A DNA stretch of 64,000 nucleotides, from assembly GCA_043769985.1 (NCBI GenBank), contig JAYVIV010000136.1, forward strand, positions 5,802-69,801, given 5' to 3'. This document shows positions 19,634 through 28,602 of this stretch, piece after piece (the stretch's first letter is position 1; the number at the start of each line of letters is the position of its first letter). The position numbers were made by a program, and so were the translations under genes. The DNA comes from Arcicella sp. (GTDB lineage: Bacteria; Bacteroidota; Bacteroidia; Cytophagales; Spirosomataceae). Under the pieces are notes generated by a model. The model saw only the letters and a list, made by a program, of their open reading frames with translations. It was not told where the DNA came from and did no database searches.

Positions 19634-19972
19634 TTACGCCATAGCAAACCCCGACAATTCCCTCATATAAGGTGCATGAAAACCCAACACAAGGTCTTCT
19701 TTCGGAACGCCAGCGTCTAATAATAATTGAGCTACGGGTATATCTGTAATATCATGTTGTACCCAAATTTTATCATTTCGTATATCAAAATGAAAAACGC
19801 AATAATGCACCCTTTTACGGTTTTCAAAACCCACTCGCACTAACTGATAGCTATCTCTGAACGTATCCACAATTATCTCATTTTCTACGTCTGGGAGATT
19901 TACAGGCGTTATTTTAGCGTACTTCTCTAAAATATTTGTGATAATATTTCGGTAATTTTCTACTTTATCCAT
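19634..19972 (-). CDS. xisI: XisI family protein
   Basis: DSYQLVRVGF, HFDIRNDKIWVQHD, GVPKEDLVLGFHAP. Confidence 0.9.
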   Translation of the reverse strand: MDKVENYRNIITNILEKYAKITPVNLPDVENEIIVDTFRDSYQLVRVGFENRKRVHYCVFHFDIRNDKIWVQHDITDIPVAQLLLDAGVPKEDLVLGFHAPYMRELSGFAMA

Positions 19973-20373
19973 TTTACAACAGTGTTTAAGTCTGGATTAA
20001 CAACAATAATTTTCATGTTTATTTCTTTGATAACCATCTGAGGAAAAGGTAGTTCAAAAACCTCTTCATACACGTTATCGGTTATGCCCACGTACAAAAT
20101 CCTTTCGGGTTCTTTCGTTTTCAAGGCAATTCGATAATCAATAAATTGTCCAACGGCTAAGTGAAAATCATATACTTTTGAAAGACCCGCAAATGTTTTT
20201 ACCTCAATCGCTATTTTCTCTCCTTCTCTCTCGGCAGCTACCAAATTTTCAGCTCCTAAATCTATCTCCATTTCAAAACCCCCAACTTTCACAGGATATG
20301 GGTCGTGGGTTATCTTCCAACCATCGTTAATGAGGGCATTCTTTACAATATTGTGGATTAGGTCTCTTGCCAT
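19960..20373 (-). CDS. xisH: XisH family protein (PD-(D/E)xK fold)
   Basis: MARDLIHNIVKNALINDGWKITHDP, IDLGAE, IAIEVKTF, AVGQF. Confidence 0.9.
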   Translation of the reverse strand: MARDLIHNIVKNALINDGWKITHDPYPVKVGGFEMEIDLGAENLVAAEREGEKIAIEVKTFAGLSKVYDFHLAVGQFIDYRIALKTKEPERILYVGITDNVYEEVFELPFPQMVIKEINMKIIVVNPDLNTVVKWIK

Positions 20374-20396
20374 TATAAATTTGGATTTATTTTTCC

Positions 20397-21884
20397 CTAC
20401 AAATTTAACCACAATTTCAGATTCTCGTTCTTCCCATCCATTATTTCCAAATGAATCTTTCCTTCCTCATTCCACTGCATTTGCAAACCAAAAGCATCCA
20501 ACAACTCGTTGACCATGCTTTCGAGAGGCATATTTCCGTGGATGCAGCCTTTGAAATATTGGGATAATGAACGCCCATAAACTTCTTCACAAACTCGCTG
20601 ATAATCCGTTATCGAATAACCTACGCCCATTTTTCCGAAGCGTTCCCACATCGTTTTCATGACGGTCTCTAAGGATTTTTGATGTCCAAAACGCAAGCGA
20701 ATCATTAAATCCAAAATCAACGCAACAACCGCCCCTTTCTGATAAATTGAAACTCTACGGTGCGGAATGGCTTGCGAATATCCATCCAACCATAAATCAA
20801 AAGAAGATTCTACCAACGACTGAAAAGCCTTGCCATCTTGCTCAAAATGACGTTTCAAGACGGTTTCTAATTCCTTTAAATATTGTTCTTGCGTAAAAAC
20901 ATCCGACTGTACCAAAAATAAATCTCCATAATAAGTCGTAACACCTTCCGCTACAAAACCCGTTGAAAAGTAGTTTTCCTTCGTAAAATCATAAGGCATC
21001 ATCTCAACGGGACGAATTTTACAGATATTCCAAGCATGATACAATTCGTGTGAAGAAACGCCCAAAAGGTCATTATACAATCCATCGCCTTCAGAATCTG
21101 GTCCTAAGACAATCATTGTAGAATTCCGATGTTCTACGCCATGATAGAAGGAAGTCGGTAGAATCCAGTTGATAAAATGGTAATCTTTTTCTGGAAAATC
21201 ACCCATTACTTGAATTTGTTTCTCCGTAAATGCTTGAAAATCAATGAGTAATTTCGTCCAATTGGGCGTATGATTTCCCAAAAACCAAACGTGGAAATCA
21301 ACATTTTCCACTTGGTAGCTTTGATGTTGGAGGTACGGACTGGCGAGAAGAGGGGAATCGACTAAAGCCCCCCAACCCCCAGAGGGTGAGTCAAAAACTA
21401 CATTCAACCTTCCATCCTTGAAAGTACCAAAATTGGACTCGAAAGCTCCCCCTCTGGGGGCGGGGGGGGCTTCTACTTCCAACGCACAAGCCTCATCTAT
21501 ACGCCCTTGTACATAAGGCAAACAGTTTACGAAATTAACGTACATTACCGATTCATCCACGAACGAACTTCCTGCATTTTGGACATTAGCAAAATAAGTG
21601 AATTTGATAACAATCTCCTGTAAATCATTTGTTTGAATTAGCCAACGGTCTTTGGTGAGTTTGTGAAACAAGACCTCCCCCCCCAGCCCCCTCTCCGATA
21701 GAGAGGGGGGGTAAAACACCTCAAATAGTTGAATATTTTTGGCAAAATTTTGGAGTTCATAACGCCCAGGTCGCCACGCAGGGAGTTGCAGTTCGATGCT
21801 GTCGGACTGAATGTTATCAATCACCATTTCTATATTGAGGAAATGGCTTTGAGGGTTTTGGGAAGATATTTTGTATTTTATCAT
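20397..21884 (-). CDS. M61 family (glycyl aminopeptidase-like) metallopeptidase with two in-frame repeat inserts
   Basis: LPAWRPGRY, GVEHRNS, SHELYHAWN, EGVTTYYG. Confidence 0.88.
   Translation of the reverse strand: MIKYKISSQNPQSHFLNIEMVIDNIQSDSIELQLPAWRPGRYELQNFAKNIQLFEVFYPPSLSERGLGGEVLFHKLTKDRWLIQTNDLQEIVIKFTYFANVQNAGSSFVDESVMYVNFVNCLPYVQGRIDEACALEVEAPPAPRGGAFESNFGTFKDGRLNVVFDSPSGGWGALVDSPLLASPYLQHQSYQVENVDFHVWFLGNHTPNWTKLLIDFQAFTEKQIQVMGDFPEKDYHFINWILPTSFYHGVEHRNSTMIVLGPDSEGDGLYNDLLGVSSHELYHAWNICKIRPVEMMPYDFTKENYFSTGFVAEGVTTYYGDLFLVQSDVFTQEQYLKELETVLKRHFEQDGKAFQSLVESSFDLWLDGYSQAIPHRRVSIYQKGAVVALILDLMIRLRFGHQKSLETVMKTMWERFGKMGVGYSITDYQRVCEEVYGRSLSQYFKGCIHGNMPLESMVNELLDAFGLQMQWNEEGKIHLEIMDGKNENLKLWLNL
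21365..21472. repeat. Family B element inside the M61 peptidase CDS
   Basis: AAGCCCCCCAACCCCCAGAGGG...CCCCCTCTGGGGGCGGGGGGGGCTT. Confidence 0.85.
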
Positions 21885-21897
21885 AAGATTCTATGGC

Positions 21898-21967
21898 ACA
21901 CGGATTGAACGGATTAGACACGGATTTACAGATTTTTAAATCCGTGTCTAATCCGTTCAATCCGTGT
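21898..21967. repeat. Nonamer-periodic (CACGGATT) inverted element
   Basis: 30-bp perfect IR with a 10-bp spacer. Confidence 0.9.
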
Positions 21968-22057
21968 TCTATTTCTGCGAACAACCAAATTACTCATAAT
22001 CAATCATATAAAAACCAAAACTTTTAAAAAAGAGTTGGGGAATAATAATAAGTTCCT

Positions 22058-22065
22058 TACCTTTG
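22058..22065 (+). promoter_or_regulatory. Bacteroidota -7 promoter box TAnnTTTG upstream of rpmH
   Basis: TACCTTTG about 45 nt before the rpmH ATG. Confidence 0.65.
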
Positions 22066-22109
22066 CAGTCCTGTTTTAAGAACGCAACAAGATTTCAAAG
22101 ATACAAGTC

Positions 22110-22265
22110 ATGAAAAGAACATTTCAACCATCGGTAAAGAAAAGAAAGAATAAGCACGGTTTCCGTGAGAGAATGTCAACTCCAAACGGTCGTCGTACAT
22201 TAGCGGCTCGTCGTGCAAGAGGAAGACACAAATTGACTGTTTCTGACGAGAAGAGAGGTAAGTAA
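22110..22265 (+). CDS. rpmH: 50S ribosomal protein L34 (absent from the ORF track)
   Basis: Hand translation: [51 protein letters not shown]; directly upstream of rnpA. Confidence 0.97.
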   Translation: MKRTFQPSVKKRKNKHGFRERMSTPNGRRTLAARRARGRHKLTVSDEKRGK

Positions 22266-22340
22266 TTCAGTGAATAGTTAATAATTAATAGAGAATAGTT
22301 AGTTCAACTATTACTTATTATCTTTTAATTATTAATTAAC

Positions 22341-22805
22341 GTGAAATTTACTTTTAAGAAGTCCGAAAGACTCAATTCCAAAAAAGTTATAGAACAACTC
22401 TTTGATAAAAAGGGTAGAGAAACAAACCAATCGGTTTTTCTCTACCCTTTTCGTGTTTCTTATTTAGGTGTTAGGGGTTTGGATTTAGGGGCGGCAGCCG
22501 TTGCTGTTAGTGAATCAGAGTCCGACACCCTAACCCCTAATCCCCAATACCCAACAGCAACGGCTGCCGTCCCTAATCCCCAAATTCTCATTTCCGTTTC
22601 CAAACGATTCTTCAAACACGCCGTTGATAGAAATCTCATCAAGCGTCGTACCCGTGAGACATACCGCCTGAATAAGCACCTTTTGCTACAAAAACCATCC
22701 TCCCAAATTCCAGCTTACATTGCTTTTGTGTATATTGCAAAGACAATCGAAGATTACGCCAAAATAGAAAAATCCATGAAGGCGATTTTTCAGAAAATGG
22801 TTTAG
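22341..22805 (+). CDS. rnpA: Ribonuclease P protein component with an internal repeat-derived insertion
   Basis: FTFKKSERL, SVSKRFFKHAVDRNLIKRRTRETYRL (RNR motif); follows rpmH; GTG start. Confidence 0.92.
   Translation: MKFTFKKSERLNSKKVIEQLFDKKGRETNQSVFLYPFRVSYLGVRGLDLGAAAVAVSESESDTLTPNPQYPTATAAVPNPQILISVSKRFFKHAVDRNLIKRRTRETYRLNKHLLLQKPSSQIPAYIAFVYIAKTIEDYAKIEKSMKAIFQKMV
22465..22586. repeat. Composite inverted repeat inside rnpA
   Basis: 17-bp perfect IR (22492-22508 / 22553-22569) embedded in TTAGGGG/CCCCTAA heptamers. Confidence 0.85.
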
Positions 22806-22866
22806 TTTTTGTTTGAAATATCGTATTTGATTTTGCGTTAAATGTATTGATATAATACTTGAAAAC

Positions 22867-23151
22867 ATGGAAAATATAAAGCAACGACTCTATAAAGTCA
22901 ATATCACGAAAGACCCCGAACAAGGATATTTTGTGGCAGAAGTGCCTACATTAAGCCCTTGTATTACTTACGGCGAAACCTTTGAGGAAGCCATAGAAAT
23001 GGTAAAAGAAGCCATTGAGGCAGTTGTGGAATCGAGATTAGAGAATGGTTATCCCGTGCCTGATGATAATGCAGAACTCGAAAAGAAATCAACAACAACC
23101 CATACTGTCCTAAATATCAACACTTTACCCTATCAATACGCCACAGCTTAA
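22867..23151 (+). CDS. hicB: HicB family antitoxin
   Basis: GYFVAEVPTLSPCITYGETFEEAIEMVKEAI. Confidence 0.88.
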   Translation: MENIKQRLYKVNITKDPEQGYFVAEVPTLSPCITYGETFEEAIEMVKEAIEAVVESRLENGYPVPDDNAELEKKSTTTHTVLNINTLPYQYATA

Positions 23152-23354
23152 TGGGATATTCACCAAAAGAAATTATCAAAGTGATAGAAGAAAATGGTTG
23201 GTATCTTGACAGAATTAGAGGCAGCCACCACGTTTATAAAAATGATGAATTACAAAAATCTGTACCTATCCCCATTCACGGAAAGAAGGATTTGGGGAAA
23301 GGATTGTTTTATAAAATATTGAAACAATGTGATATTGATAGAGAGGAGATTTAG
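23151..23354 (+). CDS. hicA: HicA family mRNA interferase toxin
   Basis: IRGSHHVYK, VPIPIHGKKDLGKG; overlaps the hicB stop. Confidence 0.9.
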   Translation: MGYSPKEIIKVIEENGWYLDRIRGSHHVYKNDELQKSVPIPIHGKKDLGKGLFYKILKQCDIDREEI

Positions 23355-23382
23355 GATTGATTAACTTTAAAAACACAATAAA

Positions 23383-23586
23383 ATGGAAACCGCAACTATA
23401 CAAAGAGGTATCAGTTATGTTACCAATAATTTTGGTGAAAAAACCGCTATGATGTTTGATTTAAAAAATGAAGCCATAAAGGAATTAATGGAAGATTTAT
23501 TAGATACGCTCTCGGCTGCGGAGAGAATCAATGACCCCGTTGTTCCATTTAGTGAAGTGCGTGCAAGAATTAAAGCCAAACTATAA
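23383..23586 (+). CDS. Putative antitoxin
   Basis: 67 aa, YVTNNFGEKTAMMFDL, ends VPFSEVRARI; upstream of a RelE-like gene. Confidence 0.65.
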   Translation: METATIQRGISYVTNNFGEKTAMMFDLKNEAIKELMEDLLDTLSAAERINDPVVPFSEVRARIKAKL

Positions 23587-23595
23587 ACTCGGAAA

Positions 23596-23868
23596 ATGTA
23601 CGAAATAGTAATTAGCGAAAAGGCAGACAAAGAACTTGATAAACTACCAGCCAAAGTGGCGGATAAAATCTTGGATAAAATTGAGATTTTAGCAATTGAC
23701 CCAAGACCTCGCAAGCATAAGAAACTAACCAATTTTCATGTAGCAAATGTAACAGGTGACCTTTACAGAATTAGGATAGGAGATTACAGAGCAATTTACA
23801 CCATTGAAGATGACATTTTAAGGATTTTGGTTGTGAAAATTGCTCATCGGAAAGAGGTTTATGAGTGA
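23596..23868 (+). CDS. RelE/ParE family toxin
   Basis: MYEIVISEKADKEL, DPRP, YRIRIGDYRAIYTIED, VKIAHRKEVY. Confidence 0.9.
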   Translation: MYEIVISEKADKELDKLPAKVADKILDKIEILAIDPRPRKHKKLTNFHVANVTGDLYRIRIGDYRAIYTIEDDILRILVVKIAHRKEVYE

Positions 23869-23950
23869 TATAGACATATTAAAAAAGTTTAAGTATTTGA
23901 TTATCAGTAAATTATGATCAAAAATTAATTGGTGAATTGCTTACGCAAGA

Positions 23951-24040
23951 GTGGTCGGTGAGGACACACGACCATGGGACGGAGAGTTACCAGCCGAGGA
24001 AAAAAACACATGACCACGGGACGGAGAGTTACCAGCCGAG
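23951..24040. repeat. Family C hairpin followed by a 29-bp direct repeat (two copies)
   Basis: GACCA(T/C)GGGACGGAGAGTTACCAGCCGAG at 23970 and 24012. Confidence 0.85.
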
Positions 24041-24050
24041 TAAATAGAAA

Positions 24051-24692
24051 ATGCAAAATTTTAAAGAACTTAAAATAGAATTTGGAGAACATATCAATAA
24101 GATTTTTCCATTTGAAAATAAAAAACTAAAAATATCTCGTGACGGAGGAGAAGTTTTTTGCAAAACAGATTTTGGTTTATTTTGCTTTTTCTTTGCTGCA
24201 TCAGACTGGGGAAATGAATATGAAATTAGTTTTGGGGCAACAATTGGTTTCAGAGATGTTTTTACATTGTATCAAAAATTTCAAAAAATAAAACTTGGTA
24301 GTTCTTATTCTCATTTAGTTTATAACATGAAAGAACTTGATACTATATCTATGAGAGACTATTTTGTTAGAGAAAGTACAGATATTGAAGCTATTAAAAA
24401 TGAGGTGGCATTATTTTATAAAAAAGTATTATCAGATTTTTTTTCAAAGTTCTCTTCAAATAATGACTTACATAAACATCTTAATTCTAATCCTACAATT
24501 GAATGTTTATGGGCAGAAAACGTTTCGGGGAGGTATATAGATGGAATTATTATAGCAAAGATTGTTGGCGAGAATTATCATGAGTTATCAGAAAAATATA
24601 AAGATTATCAAAAAAAGAAATGGAATTATAAAAACGATGAACCTCGATTAGTTGAGATTGATGAATTAGTTGAATTTTTGGATAGAAATTAG
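24051..24692 (+). CDS. Hypothetical AT-rich orphan protein
   Basis: 213-aa ORF with no recognised motif. Confidence 0.55.
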   Translation: MQNFKELKIEFGEHINKIFPFENKKLKISRDGGEVFCKTDFGLFCFFFAASDWGNEYEISFGATIGFRDVFTLYQKFQKIKLGSSYSHLVYNMKELDTISMRDYFVRESTDIEAIKNEVALFYKKVLSDFFSKFSSNNDLHKHLNSNPTIECLWAENVSGRYIDGIIIAKIVGENYHELSEKYKDYQKKKWNYKNDEPRLVEIDELVEFLDRN

Positions 24693-24803
24693 CTTCTTAA
24701 TCAGTGACACTTGTTGTGTTTTATAATTTCCTTCCAAATTTCCAACCTATAAACCAACAATAACAAATTAATAATTCAAAAAATAAGACTTAAAGTAAAT
24801 AAA

Positions 24804-26471
24804 ATGAACATAAAAAAATATACTAAAACCCTAATAATCAGTGGAATAACGATTATGGGACTATCGTTTGCTTCCTTCTCTGACCCAGGCGAGCGATTCT
24901 TTGATATTGCTAAAAACTTGGATATTTATGCCACGCTTTTCAAGGAATTGAATCGCTATTACGTGGACGAAATCAATCCAAATAAGACGGTTAAGACTTC
25001 GATTGATGCGATGTTGAAATCGTTTGACCCTTACACCGTCTATTATGCCGAGGACGATATTGAGGATTATATGACCATGACAACAGGCAAATACAACGGT
25101 ATCGGCATCGTGACGGGTAACCGCAACGGACGTATCATGGTGATGCTGATTGATGAAGGTACACCCGCCGAAAAATCGGGCTTGAAAATTGGTGATGAAA
25201 TTGTGAAAGTAGATGGCGTTGATTTGAAATCTAAAAAAGGAATCGACCCCGGCAAATTGATAAAGGGACAAACGGGTACATCCGTAAAATTGACCGTAAA
25301 ACGCTACGGAACGGATAAATTGGAAGATATTTCCGTTACTCGTGATGTAGTGAAAATGAAAAATGTTCCTTACTACGGCATGATTAATGACGAAGTGGGC
25401 TACATTGATTTGAAGGATTTTACGGGTACTGCCTCCAAAGAAGTGCGTCAGGCTTTTACGGAATTGAAGGGCAAAGGCATGAAAAAATTGGTGCTTGACC
25501 TTCGTGAAAATCCAGGTGGATTATTGAATATGGCGGTGGATATTTGTAATGTTTTCTTGCCCAAAGAATCTGAAATTGTTTCGACCAAAGGAAAGGTTCA
25601 AGAATGGAATAAAACCTACACGGGACTCAATCCTGCGATGGATACGGAAATGCCAATTAGCGTTTTGACCAATTCGAGAAGTGCTTCGGCGGCGGAAATT
25701 GTGTCGGGCGTAATTCAGGATTATGACCGTGGCGTGTTGATTGGACAACGTACTTATGGCAAGGGTTTAGTGCAAGTTACTCGTGATTTGACGTATAATA
25801 CCAAATTGAAAGTTACCACCGCAAAATATTACATTCCGAGTGGACGTTGCATCCAAGCGATTGACTATGCACACCGTAATCCAGACGGTAGCGTTGGAAA
25901 ATTACCAGACTCTTTGAAACGTCCTTTCAAGACTAAAAAGAGTGGAAGAACGGTTTATGATGGTGGAGGAGTTTTGCCAGACATTGAAATCGAAAAACCA
26001 TTGCCAGCGGCTATAACGATGTCATTATCAAATAAATACGTTTTGTTTGACTATGCCATCAAGTATCATTTCGACCATCCAACCATTAAATCTGCGAAGG
26101 ATTTTGAATTGTCGGCAACGGAATATCAGGACTTTGTGAAATGGGCAGTTACGCAAGAATTTGATTATACAACGCAAGCTGAAAGAGACTTAAATACCTT
26201 GGAAGCTTCGGCAAAAAAGGAGCGTTATTTTGATGTAGTTTCGGAACAATTGAAGTCCCTTCGTTCAAAATTATCGCACAGTAAGGAGCAAGACATGATG
26301 AAGTTTAAGGACGAAATTAAGACGGCTTTGGAGCAAGAAATCATCGTACATTATTATCTCCAAAAAGGCACTCGGGAGCAATCATTCGCCAAAGACCCTG
26401 AAATTCAGTCGGCTTTAAAATTGTTTTCGGATATGAATCGTTATCAGGCGATTTTGAAAGGGTCGAAATAA
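24804..26471 (+). CDS. S41 family carboxyl-terminal processing protease (PDZ)
   Basis: DPYT, GIG, LDLRENPGGLL, SASAAEIVSG, GQRTYGKGLVQ. Confidence 0.92.
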   Translation: MNIKKYTKTLIISGITIMGLSFASFSDPGERFFDIAKNLDIYATLFKELNRYYVDEINPNKTVKTSIDAMLKSFDPYTVYYAEDDIEDYMTMTTGKYNGIGIVTGNRNGRIMVMLIDEGTPAEKSGLKIGDEIVKVDGVDLKSKKGIDPGKLIKGQTGTSVKLTVKRYGTDKLEDISVTRDVVKMKNVPYYGMINDEVGYIDLKDFTGTASKEVRQAFTELKGKGMKKLVLDLRENPGGLLNMAVDICNVFLPKESEIVSTKGKVQEWNKTYTGLNPAMDTEMPISVLTNSRSASAAEIVSGVIQDYDRGVLIGQRTYGKGLVQVTRDLTYNTKLKVTTAKYYIPSGRCIQAIDYAHRNPDGSVGKLPDSLKRPFKTKKSGRTVYDGGGVLPDIEIEKPLPAAITMSLSNKYVLFDYAIKYHFDHPTIKSAKDFELSATEYQDFVKWAVTQEFDYTTQAERDLNTLEASAKKERYFDVVSEQLKSLRSKLSHSKEQDMMKFKDEIKTALEQEIIVHYYLQKGTREQSFAKDPEIQSALKLFSDMNRYQAILKGSK

Positions 26472-26628
26472 GGTTGATGGAACGCAGATGACGCAGATGC
26501 CTTCGGCAACGCAGATTTAAGAAGATTTTTTTACTTCGTAAATTGTATTTCAAAAAATAGCAACTAAGAAATTGGTCGCTATTTTTTGTTTAAGGGGTTT
26601 GGGGTTAATTTTGTGAGAATAAGTTTCT

Positions 26629-26730
26629 GTCTGAATTTGGATTCGTCAGATTAGAGGATTTTTTGGATTAAATCATTGAGCAGATAATAATCCAAAAAAT
26701 CCATTAATCTGACGAATCCAAATTCAGATA
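26629..26730. repeat. Family A element, copy 4
   Basis: TCTGAATTTGGATTCGTCAGATTA...TAATCTGACGAATCCAAATTCAGA. Confidence 0.85.
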
Positions 26731-26783
26731 AAAAAACGAACAAACAAAACTCCACACTCAAGACTCAAAATTCCAAACTCAAA

Positions 26784-27473
26784 ATGTCCTTAATCCTCAG
26801 CATAGATACCTCCACAAAAGTATGTTCCGTTGCCTTGCATCAAGACGGTAAATTACTGGCTGTCAACGAATTATATACTGAAAAATCTCATTCTGGAATG
26901 CTCACGACACTTTGCGAAAATGTGGTGAAGTATGCGGGTTTTTCGTTGAACGCTGTAGATGCTTTTGCCGTTGCGAAAGGTCCTGGTTCATATACGGGTT
27001 TACGTATTGGTGTTTCCACTGCCAAGGGTTTTTGCTTTGCTTTGGATAAACCTTTGATTGCTGTAAATACGCTCGAAGCAATGGCGTTTCAAGTCAAAGG
27101 TTTTTATGATGAAACCTATTTACTTTGTCCGATGATTGATGCTCGAAGAATGGAAGTTTATTGCCAAGTTCTTGATCATCAAATGAATGTAATTTCCGAA
27201 ACGGAGGCAAAGATTATTGATGAATTATCTTTTTCTGAGTTATTAAACGAAAAGAAGATTGTATTTTTTGGCGATGGTGCGGCAAAATGTCAAGCAGAAA
27301 TTACCCATAAAAATGCTGTTTTCTTAAATACAGAGATTCATCCTTCTGCCAAAACGGTTGGATTATTGGCAACCAATTCTTTTGAAAAATCGTTATTTGA
27401 AAACGTAGTAACTTTCGAGCCTTTTTATTTGAAAGACTTTGTGGGAACACAGGCTAAGAAGGTGCAGAATTAA
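26784..27473 (+). CDS. tsaB: tRNA t6A biosynthesis protein TsaB
   Basis: LSIDTST, GPGSYTGLRIG, IDARRMEVY, FEPFYLK. Confidence 0.95.
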   Translation: MSLILSIDTSTKVCSVALHQDGKLLAVNELYTEKSHSGMLTTLCENVVKYAGFSLNAVDAFAVAKGPGSYTGLRIGVSTAKGFCFALDKPLIAVNTLEAMAFQVKGFYDETYLLCPMIDARRMEVYCQVLDHQMNVISETEAKIIDELSFSELLNEKKIVFFGDGAAKCQAEITHKNAVFLNTEIHPSAKTVGLLATNSFEKSLFENVVTFEPFYLKDFVGTQAKKVQN

Positions 27474-27523
27474 GATAAATAATTTGTGTTATTTTTTGTA
27501 ATATTGAATAAAAAATTAGCATC

Positions 27524-27754
27524 ATGCAAATATCCTTAAATGTCAATTTATCACTATCTTTTCATCAATTGGTAGAATTAGCACGACAACTTCCCAAGAA
27601 GGAACGGGTTGAACTTGCTTCAATTTTAATAGATGATGAACCTTCAAAAGAACAAATTTTGCAAGGATTAAAAGAAGCTATTGAAGAAGTAAACTTAGCT
27701 AAAAAAGGAAAAATAAAACTTAAATCTGCCCGAGAATTTATAAATGAGTTATAA
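27524..27754 (+). CDS. Putative antitoxin
   Basis: 76 aa, overlaps the downstream toxin; C-terminus LKEAIEEV...GKIKLKSAREFINEL. Confidence 0.7.
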   Translation: MQISLNVNLSLSFHQLVELARQLPKKERVELASILIDDEPSKEQILQGLKEAIEEVNLAKKGKIKLKSAREFINEL

Positions 27755-28073
27755 TATTTCACTATCGGATAGATTCCAAAAAGAAGCAAAACGACTCTCT
27801 AAAAGATATACTTCCTTTAAATCGGATTTAATAAAGTTAATCGAAGATTTGGAAGAAAACCCAACTCAAGGCGTTAATTTAGGAAAATCATGCTATAAAG
27901 TTCGACTTAAAATTGACTCTAAGAAAAAAGGGAAATCTGGCGGAGCAAGAGTTATTACTTATGTTCATATTGTTGAAGAGGACGTCTATTTATTAACTGT
28001 TTATGACAAATCAGATAGAGATAGTCTTGAAAAGGGAGAGCTTGAAGAATTATTAGAAGCTATTGAAGCTTAA
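27744..28073 (+). CDS. RelE/HigB-2-like toxin
   Basis: FQKEAKRLSKRY, CYKVRL, KGKSGGARVITY, YLLTVYDKS. Confidence 0.85.
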   Translation: MSYNISLSDRFQKEAKRLSKRYTSFKSDLIKLIEDLEENPTQGVNLGKSCYKVRLKIDSKKKGKSGGARVITYVHIVEEDVYLLTVYDKSDRDSLEKGELEELLEAIEA

Positions 28074-28077
28074 AAAA

Positions 28078-28590
28078 ATGGAAAAAGAGTTAATTATTAA
28101 TAAAGTAATCAATAGCGGACTCGTTACTTTTGACTTGGAAGACCTTTACGACCAAGGCGAAAGAGTGGTTTATGACCTCAAAGACAATCTATTTATGGGT
28201 ATGATTTTGAAGGAAAAAGATTTTAGAGAATTCCTCAAAAACCATGATTGGAGTCCGTACACAGGGAAAAATGTTGCCATTATCTGTTCGGAAGATGTTA
28301 TTATTCCCACGTGGGCATACATGCTTTTGACCTTGAAATTACAGCCTTTTGCTAATGCGGTCGTTTTGGGAAGTTTAGAGGAATTAGAAAATAAACTGTT
28401 TTATGATGCCCTTCATAAGGTCAATCCGTCAGCATATCAGGGAGCGAGAGTTGTTGTGAAAGGCTGTTCAAAAGTACCTGTGCCTGCGGCGGCTTATGTA
28501 GAAATCACTCGAATTTTGCAGCCTTATGTGCAGTCTTTAATGTTTGGAGAACCTTGCAGTACAGTTCCTTTGTACAAGAAAAAAGCATAA
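28078..28590 (+). CDS. DUF2480 family protein
   Basis: IINKVINSGLVTFDLED, LKEKDFRE, IIPTWAYML, SLMFGEPCSTVPLYK. Confidence 0.85.
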   Translation: MEKELIINKVINSGLVTFDLEDLYDQGERVVYDLKDNLFMGMILKEKDFREFLKNHDWSPYTGKNVAIICSEDVIIPTWAYMLLTLKLQPFANAVVLGSLEELENKLFYDALHKVNPSAYQGARVVVKGCSKVPVPAAAYVEITRILQPYVQSLMFGEPCSTVPLYKKKA

Positions 28591-28602
28591 TCTATTTTAC
28601 AC

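Noticed and set aside
23970-24040. CRISPR array
   Set aside because: Only two 29-bp copies with a 13-bp gap, no further units and no cas genes. No other repeat set in the window has regular spacers.
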